From an uncultured candidate division Zixibacteria bacterium (GTDB lineage: Bacteria > Zixibacteria > MSB-5A5 > GN15 > PGXB01): 64,000 nt of DNA. The position numbers and the translations under genes are program-made. The notes below the pieces were generated by a model that saw nothing but the letters and a program-made list of their open reading frames with translations, did no database searches and was not told the DNA's origin. Below are positions 48,865 through 58,441 of this stretch, in pieces (position 1 is the first letter of the stretch; every line of letters begins with the position of its first letter). Where the stretch lies: NCBI GenBank assembly GCA_963702205.1, contig OY969724.1, positions 2,944,001-3,008,000 on the forward strand, given 5' to 3'.

Positions 48865-50850
48865 CTATTTTGTACTATCATCGTGATATACGGTGAAAAC
48901 GTCCCGTGACGGACTGTCCGGGCATTTGAAATTCTCGATATAATATTGATGCAATAGCTGGGTCGAAAGTATCCCGATAAACGACATATTATCCTTGAAC
49001 GACAAATGTGCGTGCGAGAGTTTTTTGCATTTTTCCCCGAGTTTGATCACCGGTTCCGGTTTGAAAATACCGACACGCTTTAAATTATCAGGAGACAGCA
49101 TTGCCGCAATATATTCGGGCGAATCGTCCTGTACGAAGCTGTTGGAGTCCGGGGCCATGTACGGTTGCTTGACGCGGTCCACAATCTGCCTGGGCAGCTC
49201 TTTCTGCATGGCCTTTTTCAAAACGAATTTCTCCTTGAGGCCATGAATTTTATAAAGCGGCGGGATGGTCGCCGCGAATTCGACCACGCGGTGGTCCAGA
49301 AACGGAAACCGGCCTTCCACCGAATTGGCGGCGGCGACACGATCACCCTGCGACGACAACAAATACCCGGCCAGAAGCGATCTCGCTTCGAGGTATTGCG
49401 CCCTCACAAGATGATGCCAGGAGAAGAAGTCCTCGGGCAGGTCTTTCTTGTATGATCCTATCGCGTCGTACCCCCCGACTGCCTCGCAGACATCATCGGA
49501 GAAAAAATCCTTGATCTTGGAGGTCGTGTTTATGCGCGGTATGTGCGAAAAATAATATTCATCCGTTTTTGACAGGCCCGCCTTGTAAAAAGTCTCCAGA
49601 TAGAACCTCGCTCTGGCCGCCGACAGCGGCAGGGTCGGATACAGACGCCTCAGAAGCAGCGGCCGCCATCTCGAATCCGGATTGCGTGACCAGAACTTTC
49701 TGATTATGGTTTCTTTGAACAGATCATAGCCGCCCAGTATTTCGTCCGATCCTTCACCGGTGAGGACGACCTTGAAATTGTGCTGACGAACCAGACCCGA
49801 GAGCATCAGGAGCGGCGTCGGAGCGGTGCGGACTATCGGTCGCTCGGTATGCCATATCACGCGGGGGAAGTTTTCGGCGATGTCGTGATAGTTGCACTGT
49901 ATCTGGTGGTGGTGCGTTCCGAGAAAATCCGCCATCTGTTTTTGATAGTCGGATTCATCGTACGCCTTATCCTGAAAAGCAATCGAAAACGTCTCGATCG
50001 GGGTGTCGGTAAAATGCTTTATCAGGGCCGTGGTCGCCGAGGAATCCAATCCTCCTGATAGATACCCTCCGACCGGCACGTCGGCCCGCAGCCGCAGCCG
50101 GACCGCATCGACCAGCAAAGCGTGGAGTTCTTCGGCCCAGGAAGCCACGTGGCGCGATTTATCGAACGTCTCGGGGTAGTTCAGCGTCCAATAGCGACCT
50201 GTGTCGATCCGGCCGTCCTTGATCTCAACCCAACAGCCGGCCTCCAGTTCATTTATATTCTCGAAAGCCGTACGCGGCGCGGCGGTAGTCCACCACGTGA
50301 AAATCTCATCAAGGCCTTTGTAGTCGATTGTCCGTGGGATCGAGCTGTCGCAAAATATGGCTTTGATTTCCGAAGCGAACGTCACCCGCCCGTTATTTAT
50401 TGCATAAAAGACCGGCCGTATACCCATGCGATCGCGCGCCAGAAACAGCGAGCGGTTCTTCTTATCGTATATGGCGAAAGCGAACTGGCCGTTGAATCTG
50501 TTCAGGCATTCTTTGCCCCACTGCTCGAAAGCGTGAACGATGACTTCGGTATCTGACTTAGTGTGGAATTTGTGTCCCAGTTTTTCCAACTCCGGGCGGA
50601 GTTCGACATAATTGAATATTTCCCCATTAAAGGATATCCAGATTGTGCCGTCTTCGTTGGAAAGCGGCTGCGAGCCGCCGGAGAGGTCGATTATCGACAG
50701 CCGAGCCTGTCCCAGCCCGCAATAGTCATCGAAATAAGCCCCGAATTCATCTGGACCGCGATGCTGAATCTGCTTGACCATGCGCCCGATCAGGTCGTAC
50801 TCGGGAGCACATTTATCTTTTAGCTGAAAATATCCTGCAATACCGCACAT
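48865..50850 (-). CDS. asnB: Asparagine synthase (glutamine-hydrolysing) family amidotransferase
   Basis: N-terminal MCGIAG, HRGPD, RLSIIDL, LSGGLDSS, TGEGSDE, EGRFPFLD. Confidence 0.93.
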   Translation of the reverse strand: MCGIAGYFQLKDKCAPEYDLIGRMVKQIQHRGPDEFGAYFDDYCGLGQARLSIIDLSGGSQPLSNEDGTIWISFNGEIFNYVELRPELEKLGHKFHTKSDTEVIVHAFEQWGKECLNRFNGQFAFAIYDKKNRSLFLARDRMGIRPVFYAINNGRVTFASEIKAIFCDSSIPRTIDYKGLDEIFTWWTTAAPRTAFENINELEAGCWVEIKDGRIDTGRYWTLNYPETFDKSRHVASWAEELHALLVDAVRLRLRADVPVGGYLSGGLDSSATTALIKHFTDTPIETFSIAFQDKAYDESDYQKQMADFLGTHHHQIQCNYHDIAENFPRVIWHTERPIVRTAPTPLLMLSGLVRQHNFKVVLTGEGSDEILGGYDLFKETIIRKFWSRNPDSRWRPLLLRRLYPTLPLSAARARFYLETFYKAGLSKTDEYYFSHIPRINTTSKIKDFFSDDVCEAVGGYDAIGSYKKDLPEDFFSWHHLVRAQYLEARSLLAGYLLSSQGDRVAAANSVEGRFPFLDHRVVEFAATIPPLYKIHGLKEKFVLKKAMQKELPRQIVDRVKQPYMAPDSNSFVQDDSPEYIAAMLSPDNLKRVGIFKPEPVIKLGEKCKKLSHAHLSFKDNMSFIGILSTQLLHQYYIENFKCPDSPSRDVFTVYHDDSTK

Positions 50851-50959
50851 AACTTAAATACTGTTTAATACCAATTTCTGTTGGCCGCCAATAATAAACG
50901 GAAAAGTCAATATATTAAATATATCGGTAACGAGAAGGATTATTTATCGAATGTCGGAA

Positions 50960-51121
50960 TTATCTGCGGACGACAATTTTCCCATTCAGATTACTGTCTT
51001 CGACATACCATAAATATATGCCCGATGCCACCGTGTTACCCGAGGAATTGGTGCCGTCCCAGGCCAAATCGCCGCCGTTGGACTGAAGGCCGTTCACCAG
51101 CGCCCCGGTCAGAGTCATCAT
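50960..51121 (-). pseudogene. Orphan relic of a T9SS/FlgD-like C-terminal domain
   Basis: MMTLTGALVNGLQSNGGDLAWDGTNSSGNTVASGIYLWYVEDSNLNGKIVVRR* parallels the C-terminus of the 58442-61654 protein. Confidence 0.75.
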
Positions 51122-51219
51122 TTTGATGCCGATAAGCTGTTCCTCCGCAGAACATTGTAGGATGCTTGAACATCGGAATCGGGGTGGTCATAAATGACGA
51201 AAAACACAGCGGCTTGGGG

Positions 51220-52878
51220 TTATATACGCTCGAATTTAAGGTCGGTTAATGTCGTTGCGAGTTCGCGGTCGGACTTGACGCAGGCAGTGACAATCTTCCC
51301 CTCCGGCTCACAGCCGACCGAACCGAGGAAGCGATAAAACGATGAAACCAATTCTGAGGAATAATAGACCGGCGATATCCCGACGTCGGCGATATAACGG
51401 ATTGACTGACCTTTCAGCTTATCTGCGACAGTTTCCGGCATCTCGTCCGGATTCGTCACCACCCATCCCATTGCGGCCGGATGGCCACCAATTAAACCGG
51501 TATAGCATTTCCCGCCAGCTTTAAATCTTCGTTCAAGCTCGGTATATTCGTCAGCATCGTCTTCGATCCCGCAGAAAGCGGCAATACCGTTAAGGTCGTC
51601 ATTGCATAGTTCCTTATATTGCGCAGAATCCGAAAATTCGTTGGCCCCGGCTGTTGCAGCATCCCTGACAAAATATTCAAATTCCGTCTCGTCTTTCTGC
51701 GCGGCAAATACAAGGCTGACCGTCCGGCTCGTGACTTCAGAAAAATCATTAGCGGCCGTCACGCCAACACTGTCTTTCAATTTTCTGACTGAGCCGATGC
51801 TATTCAGCTTGCGACCCGCCGGACTGTCTTTAAACCCGGAATATATCGCCGCCAGCGACTTTTTCAGACCGCTCGCGTATATGGTACACTGCATATTGCG
51901 GCCGGAGTGATTGGCGAATCGTTCCTTATGTTCTCCCCCGCCCCGCGAAAAATCGATTACATCGAAACCTTCTTTGATGGCGTCATCGACAAGCATGTGC
52001 AGAAGCAATATTCCGGGTGATTTCTTGCGGTAGTTCATCAAGCTGGCTATCTGATACAAGTAAACGGTCTTTCCATATATGAAGGAGTACAAATATGCCA
52101 ACGGCTGCCGGCCGTGCATCAGGACATAAAGTCTGACCAAACCCTCACCCGTCAGATATTTTGCGGCGAGGTCGTGGAAATGACGCACTTTCGGATTAAT
52201 GAATTTACACCCGTCACCGCCCCGCTTGAACCACCAGACAATGTGGCTGTGATAAAACTCCGGAAGTTTCTCCCGTATCTCTCCGGGCGCATCGAAACAA
52301 GCCAGCGAAAGGCCGTCCGTCTTATTGAAAAAATTCATGAACTTGCGGATCGTTCCGCCCCGGCGCATTTCGAAATTTTCGCGACCGGCACTATCACCTT
52401 CGTAGCGGAAAGACATGACGTTTTCGATAGGATAGATTCGATGTTTCAAGCCCGCTTTTTCAAGCTCCATTGCGAGTGCTTTCATAGTCGGCGATTTTTC
52501 GGGAATCTGAGACAGGTCCACCTGTTTCCACATATTCGGATTTTTCATGAGATAGTCGACGACGGCTTTGATACATATTTCGGGCCGGGTCGTAATGAAG
52601 TCGCTGTAATCGGCATTGGGGGTCCCGATAAATTCCACGGTATCGTCGGTAATCATCAGGGGCGCGATGCCGATCGTGCCGTCACCGGATGTAATTTTGA
52701 GAATCAGCAGTCGGTGGTCATCGCCGTAGGCCTGCCACCAGGTGTAATTCCAACCGTACGTTTGAAACACCGTCGCCTCAGGCATTTTTTCGGTGAGACT
52801 ATTCCAAATATCTTTGAGACCGGCGAATCCTTCGACGTCTTCTGCAACCGTGACCTTTATTTCCGTAAGTTCGTTCAT
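51220..52878 (-). CDS. GNAT acyltransferase, CelD/BcsL-like, with an extra C-terminal domain
   Basis: TVFQTYGWNYTWW, IGIAPL, ADYSDF, SPGILL, DFSRGGGEHKERF. Confidence 0.8.
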   Translation of the reverse strand: MNELTEIKVTVAEDVEGFAGLKDIWNSLTEKMPEATVFQTYGWNYTWWQAYGDDHRLLILKITSGDGTIGIAPLMITDDTVEFIGTPNADYSDFITTRPEICIKAVVDYLMKNPNMWKQVDLSQIPEKSPTMKALAMELEKAGLKHRIYPIENVMSFRYEGDSAGRENFEMRRGGTIRKFMNFFNKTDGLSLACFDAPGEIREKLPEFYHSHIVWWFKRGGDGCKFINPKVRHFHDLAAKYLTGEGLVRLYVLMHGRQPLAYLYSFIYGKTVYLYQIASLMNYRKKSPGILLLHMLVDDAIKEGFDVIDFSRGGGEHKERFANHSGRNMQCTIYASGLKKSLAAIYSGFKDSPAGRKLNSIGSVRKLKDSVGVTAANDFSEVTSRTVSLVFAAQKDETEFEYFVRDAATAGANEFSDSAQYKELCNDDLNGIAAFCGIEDDADEYTELERRFKAGGKCYTGLIGGHPAAMGWVVTNPDEMPETVADKLKGQSIRYIADVGISPVYYSSELVSSFYRFLGSVGCEPEGKIVTACVKSDRELATTLTDLKFERI

Positions 52879-52893
52879 ATCGCTACAATAAAA

Positions 52894-53908
52894 TCATCTC
52901 TCGATCAATGATCGGATAAAATAATAAAACCCGGACAACCGTGCCGCGAATTCAACGCGTCCCATATCGGCACCGATCGGGATTCTTTTGATACGGTATA
53001 AATCATTGCCGGGATTGAAAAATCCGTCCTCGGTCGTGAAAGCCGCCTTGATTCCGTTTTCTTTCAAAAGCTCGACCGAGTCTTCATTAAAATCCTGACT
53101 GCGGCCATTAGGGTATGCGAACATATCTATATATTTAATGCCTCCGTCATCGAGCTTCCTTTTGCATCCCGAAATTTCAACCGCCTGCTCGTCGCGGGTC
53201 TGTGTCGATAATATGGGATGCGTATCGGTATGAAGCCCAATTTCGAATTCAGCGCTTTCGGAGAGAGCCCCGATCTGTTCCATCGTCATCAGCCGAAAAT
53301 CGGGATTAATCGGTAATTCTGATCCGCCGCATTTCTCTTCAAGATACTTCAGCACTCGAATTCGCGTGCTGTGCCGGCAAGCCTTCAATCGCGCCGTCAA
53401 TTCACGAGCGTAACGAGTTCTCGAAGACTTATCAGCGCTTTTTATATCGGTACTGAGGCAGATCGAATTCAGTCAGGTCTATTGTTTCGCAGGTGGGATT
53501 TGAGAAAATTTCGTGCACCCGATCCGGCCAGATACATTTTCCCTTTTGAGAAAGCTCCGGTAAAACAAAGCATACCGCCATTAAATTCAACTCTTTTAAA
53601 ATTGGAAATGCGTTTTCAAAAACGTTCTGCAAGCCGTCATCGAAGTTGATCACGACTGCATTACCGGGATGTGTCCGTTCTCCCAAACTCGATGCCGCCA
53701 TCGAATTGAAATGCTTTTTTATGTGTTTCATCTGCCAGACAAAAGAATCAATATCGAGTTGTGTCCACCGGGTCGGTTCAAACTTGTTTCTGGTGACACC
53801 ATGATACAAGAGGACCCGCACCCGGTTCTTGTGGATGGCCCTGAATATCGCATTGAATCCCAGAAACCGGGCACAGACCAGCAAGACATTTTTCAAAATC
53901 CGATTCAT
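52894..53908 (-). CDS. Polysaccharide deacetylase, with a +1 frameshift near 53449
   Basis: LLYHGV and NFDDG in the upstream ORF; GLHTDTHPIL and FAYPNG in the downstream ORF. Removing one base joins them. Confidence 0.85.
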
Positions 53909-53914
53909 TGGAGA

Positions 53915-54523
53915 TTAACTGCCCGCCTGGCTTTGCGCCAGCCGGGGACGTTCTTTAATAACTTTCGCAGGATTGCCCACCGCCACGACATAATCGGGAA
54001 TGTCCTTAACCACGACGCTTCCGGCCCCGATTATGGTAAATTCACCAACGTTGGCCATAATTATACTGCCTTCACCGACAAACGAGCTGCGACCGATAAT
54101 GATTCGGTCAAAGGTGTCTTCACCTTCGAGAATGTCTTCTTTAACTTCCCCGAAACCGTGCTGGCGACGACCCGATAAAATCGAGATGTGGCTGCCGATA
54201 GCACAATTGTCGCCTAAATTGACCAGCCCAATCGTGGTATGCCCGGCGATCACTACTTTCTGGCCGATTATGGCATCCATTTTCGTGAAATGCGACCCGA
54301 ACATTATTTCCAGATCGGCGGGACAGTTCTTCATCGTTTGATTATAATAACAACCCCGGACATACTGACCGATAAACGCCGGCACCAGGCTGAACCCCTC
54401 GGCGAAGAAATGAAACATCAAAGGTGTATTGAAAACCTTTTTGCATATAATCGTCAGCAATCCGGCCGGCAAAACCAAAAGGTAGAAACAGATAAATATC
54501 AGTTTTTTTATGATTTTTCTCAT
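53915..54523 (-). CDS. Hexapeptide-repeat O-acetyltransferase
   Basis: IIGAGSVVVKDIPDYVVAVGNPAKVIK. Confidence 0.88.
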   Translation of the reverse strand: MRKIIKKLIFICFYLLVLPAGLLTIICKKVFNTPLMFHFFAEGFSLVPAFIGQYVRGCYYNQTMKNCPADLEIMFGSHFTKMDAIIGQKVVIAGHTTIGLVNLGDNCAIGSHISILSGRRQHGFGEVKEDILEGEDTFDRIIIGRSSFVGEGSIIMANVGEFTIIGAGSVVVKDIPDYVVAVGNPAKVIKERPRLAQSQAGS

Positions 54524-54541
54524 ATATTCTCCGGGCTTTAT

Positions 54542-55666
54542 TTACGGTTCTGCCAATATTCGTTCATAAAATGTTTCGGTCGCTTCAACCATTTTCTCGA
54601 CCGAGAAATTCTCCTGCGCCAGTTCCGCCGCGCGGCGACCGAATTTCCTGGCCAGTTCGCGGTCGTCAAGTAACTGATTCATTCTTTCAGATAACCCGTC
54701 CACGTCACCGTCGGGCAGAATATACCCGGTTTCTCCGTCGCAGACCACTTCTCTATTACCGCCCACGTCGAACGCCAGGGTCGGCAAGCCCGACATGGCG
54801 TATTCTATCAGCACGTTGGACAAGCCCTCCGACTCCGACGTCAGCACACCGATATCGAACAGCTTTAAAATATAATAGGTGCCTTTGTCGGCGTGATGAA
54901 AATGCACGCGGCCTTCCAGTCCCAATTCCGCAGCTTTCCGTTCCAGCTCGTCACGGAGCGGCCCGGTGCCCACAATCAGGAAATGGACATTTCTATTGTT
55001 AACACGTGAGGCCGCCTCCAGAAAACGATCATATCTTTTGACCGGGCGAAGATTGCCCACCATGCCAACCACCGGCGCAGAATCCGGTATTCCGAAATCC
55101 GCCTTAGTGCCTTCCGCATCTCCGGGACGAGGCTTGAAATCGACCCCGTTGTGGATCACTTTTATTTTATCGATCGGGTAATTTTCCCCCTGGCTGACGA
55201 CCTCTTTTATAGCCGCGGCGTTCACCAGCCGGTATTTTGCCAATCGTCCGAACGTCCTCAGCAGGAATTTTTTGTACCGCGACTTGAACCAGCCGGACTC
55301 TCTTCGGCAGGCAATGATTTTTTCCATCCCGGCATACCACCCTGCCGACACTCCGATGACCCGGCTGTCGACAAAATATACCTGCAACAGCCTGGCATCC
55401 TTGTCACGAAGGAAGCGCGCCATTTCGAGCATTTTTTTGACAGCTTTAAACGATAACAACCGGGTGATATTCATATAGATGACGTCGCAGTTTATTTCTA
55501 TCGGGTTCACTTTAGGCCTGAGATTGAAAACGTATGGTGTGAAGCGCTCACGGTCCAGATGGTCGATGAGCGTCGCCAATTGGTTTTCGGTCCCCCCGCC
55601 GCGCCAGAAATTATCCAGTATATAGACAATCGTGACCTTTTCGCTATGTGCATCACCCGGTGTCAT
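54542..55666 (-). CDS. Glycosyltransferase family 4
   Basis: GGTENQ, VGNLRPVK, SESEGLSNVLIEYA. Confidence 0.9.
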   Translation of the reverse strand: MTPGDAHSEKVTIVYILDNFWRGGGTENQLATLIDHLDRERFTPYVFNLRPKVNPIEINCDVIYMNITRLLSFKAVKKMLEMARFLRDKDARLLQVYFVDSRVIGVSAGWYAGMEKIIACRRESGWFKSRYKKFLLRTFGRLAKYRLVNAAAIKEVVSQGENYPIDKIKVIHNGVDFKPRPGDAEGTKADFGIPDSAPVVGMVGNLRPVKRYDRFLEAASRVNNRNVHFLIVGTGPLRDELERKAAELGLEGRVHFHHADKGTYYILKLFDIGVLTSESEGLSNVLIEYAMSGLPTLAFDVGGNREVVCDGETGYILPDGDVDGLSERMNQLLDDRELARKFGRRAAELAQENFSVEKMVEATETFYERILAEP

Positions 55667-56775
55667 TACTTTTCAATTCTCTTAATTCGATCAATCTGCG
55701 TTCGGTATATTTCTCTCAGGATTTCCGCCTGCCGCTCAAATGTATATTGATTCTTGACCAGGTTATAACCCTCTTGGCCGTATTTGACGGCATCATCGGG
55801 CTTTTGAACTACCCGCTGCATAATTTCAGACAGCGCCGCCGGATCTTCCGACTTGCAGATTAGCCCGCCGATACTATCGACGATCATCTCCGGGACGCCG
55901 CCCACCGCTGTCGACACCACACCCAGCTTCTGCGACCATGCCTCAAGGATTATATTGGGCATGCCCTCGGAGCGCGACGGCAAAACGAGAACGTCGGCAT
56001 TCCTTAATACCGGCAATACATCATCGACAAATCCTTTGAATTCCACAACCCCACTAAGGCCCAGTTCTTCCACCTCAGCCTTCAGACGCGCCTCATCAGG
56101 GCCGTGGCCGTAGATATCTACTTTAAAATTATCGACGCTTTTTTTCAACTGTGAGCAGGCCCGAAGGAGAATATCATAACCCTTTTCATGGCTGAGCCGT
56201 CCGGCCGCCACGAATAAAAATGGCTTCGTGTGATCGATAGTCCGAACAAAAGTATCTTCAACCAATTTCGATGACTCGACCGCATTAAAGACGACCTTAA
56301 TTTTATTTTTGCCCACCCTCATATCTTCAAGTATCGCTTTTGATTTGTTCGATACGGTCAACACACACAGCATCTTACGGAGCGTCGCTTTGTCTACAAA
56401 ATTATACACCCGGACTTTTTTATCCTCGCGGGTAATGCCCCTGAAATGTGCGATGTGAGCGATTTTGCATCGGGCCGCAGCTTTGCGCCCAAAGAAATTC
56501 CCCTTGTAATCATGCGACACGATCAGGTCTGTTTTATATATTTCAATCAATGTTCTTAGTTTCCCGACTACTCGGAAATCACCGGCAAAACTTTCAGATA
56601 TGGCCTCCGTCCTGAGGCCGTACTCCCTCGCTTTTACCAGAAACGGATTATCCTGCCCCCCCCTGACAAACGAGGCGCAGACAAAATCGACGTCGGTCAT
56701 GGTCCGGCACTGGCCCAGGATGGCCCGCTCCGGGCCGCCGAAAAACTCCGAACTTCTGAGGTGCATCACATTCAT
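55666..56775 (-). CDS. Glycosyltransferase family 4
   Basis: GGPE, AGRLSHEKG, PSRSEGMPNIILEAW. Confidence 0.9.
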   Translation of the reverse strand: MNVMHLRSSEFFGGPERAILGQCRTMTDVDFVCASFVRGGQDNPFLVKAREYGLRTEAISESFAGDFRVVGKLRTLIEIYKTDLIVSHDYKGNFFGRKAAARCKIAHIAHFRGITREDKKVRVYNFVDKATLRKMLCVLTVSNKSKAILEDMRVGKNKIKVVFNAVESSKLVEDTFVRTIDHTKPFLFVAAGRLSHEKGYDILLRACSQLKKSVDNFKVDIYGHGPDEARLKAEVEELGLSGVVEFKGFVDDVLPVLRNADVLVLPSRSEGMPNIILEAWSQKLGVVSTAVGGVPEMIVDSIGGLICKSEDPAALSEIMQRVVQKPDDAVKYGQEGYNLVKNQYTFERQAEILREIYRTQIDRIKRIEK

Positions 56776-57971
56776 CGCGACCGTGCCACTTCTATCAGGA
56801 AATTTTCGAGCTTCGCCGCCAGACTATCCCAGCCATATTTTGCTTCCACCAGCTCCCGACCCTTTTTGGCCAGCTTTTCCTGGAGGGCTTTGTCGTCCAT
56901 CAACCTGACCACCTGATCGGCGAAGCTTTGGGCCGTCTTCGCCAGGAGGATATTCTCTCTATCGGTGACATCCAGCCCCTCCGCCCCGACAACTGTCGAC
57001 ACGATGGGCTTGTGCATCGCCATGGCATCGAGGATTTTCAGCCTCGTTCCTCCGCCAATCCGGAGCGGGACAACATACACGGCCGAGCTGTGGACGTATG
57101 GCCGGATATCCTTGACCGATCCGGTGACTTCGATGCCGTCGATATCGTTATAGGCATGGATGAACTCCGGCGGCTTACGCCCGACAAACACCGCGTGAGC
57201 CTCGGGCTTTTTCTGCCGGATCAACGGGAATATTTCTTTGACGAAAAATGTCACCGCATCCTGATTGGGTCGCCAATCCATGCTTCCGACAAACACCAGT
57301 GAGTTTTCGTCCACCTTTTGCGCTTCATGGTTGAAATAATCCAGATCAACGCCGTTGTCGACCACGTCCACCCTCGCTTCGGGGCAGATGTTTTTTATTT
57401 CGCAGGCATCGCTTTGCGATACGGCCATTATCCCCTCGAACGAAGCAAAGACCTCTTTTTCGAATCTTTCCAGCTTTTCAACCTGCCTTGCTATGTACCA
57501 TTTCTTGGCCGGATTATTCTCGGTTTCGTAATATCTTCGCCAGATGCGCGATTCCACATTATGAGCCGAGACCACTCGCGGAATGCCTTTTATGTCTTCT
57601 GCGAATTTTGCGTACGGCGTCCATTCGCACAGGATCAAATCGGGTTTAAACGCATCCACTTGCCGCACGAATTCACTTTTAAAAAGGTCCGAGTAATGGC
57701 TGGTGACGATGTAAGGCAGGCCCGATAAAAGATTGGCCGCCAGTCTCAAATAAAACAAAGGGCCGAATTTATCCGGCTTTACATCGGCGACGGCAATCGC
57801 GTTCAAGTCGACCATCTTAAGGGCTTTGGACGCCAGGGAGTCAGCGTCACCGTACGCCAGATAAGAAACTTCATGATTTTTTCCCAGGCGGCTGAAGAGA
57901 CTGAACGATCGGATTCTTTTGCCGGTATTGGGAGGAAACGGAAATTCCTCGTCGAGGACCAAAATTCTCAA
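56772..57971 (-). CDS. Glycosyltransferase family 4
   Basis: PFPPNTGKRIR, FVGSMDWRPNQDA, PLRIGGGTRLKILDAMA. Confidence 0.9.
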   Translation of the reverse strand: MRILVLDEEFPFPPNTGKRIRSFSLFSRLGKNHEVSYLAYGDADSLASKALKMVDLNAIAVADVKPDKFGPLFYLRLAANLLSGLPYIVTSHYSDLFKSEFVRQVDAFKPDLILCEWTPYAKFAEDIKGIPRVVSAHNVESRIWRRYYETENNPAKKWYIARQVEKLERFEKEVFASFEGIMAVSQSDACEIKNICPEARVDVVDNGVDLDYFNHEAQKVDENSLVFVGSMDWRPNQDAVTFFVKEIFPLIRQKKPEAHAVFVGRKPPEFIHAYNDIDGIEVTGSVKDIRPYVHSSAVYVVPLRIGGGTRLKILDAMAMHKPIVSTVVGAEGLDVTDRENILLAKTAQSFADQVVRLMDDKALQEKLAKKGRELVEAKYGWDSLAAKLENFLIEVARSR

Positions 57972-58123
57972 ACGTCGGCCCTGGCCTTTCTTTTTAGCCG
58001 GGCAATCTCAGCAGGATCGACTTTGCACACGGTAAAACGATATTTGCCCGATTTTTCCCGCTCTATTTCTTCCATTCCTGCAAATTTAATGATTTCCGGG
58101 CCATATACCAGTTTTTTGATCTT
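57968..58123 (-). pseudogene. 3' relic of a PaaK/CapK-like ligase
   Basis: KIKKLVYGPEIIKFAGMEEIEREKSGKYRFTVCKV...*; its TGA overlaps the TTG start of the next gene, and in-frame stops lie immediately upstream. Confidence 0.65.
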
Positions 58124-58441
58124 TTATCATAAAATCGGCCACCGATTTTGTGTGTGTCCGGATATAATTAATAACGACGAGGTCTTTTCGGCCTGTCCAG
58201 GCTAGCCACCAATAAACACCACGGATGAACGCAAAAGGTATTCGCCTCCGATATTCCTTTGGACGACTTAAAACCTTTGGGATTCTCACAATCCTTTCGC
58301 CCGGCAGCGCAAATGCAATCTCAGTCTGGTATAGAATGACTCATAAGATCAGTTGGATAATTAAGCGCTCTCGTTGATTAAAATGGCCTGATAATAATCC
58401 CATAAGCATTTGGAGCTTCCGCCAATCCGATAAGCGTTTTG

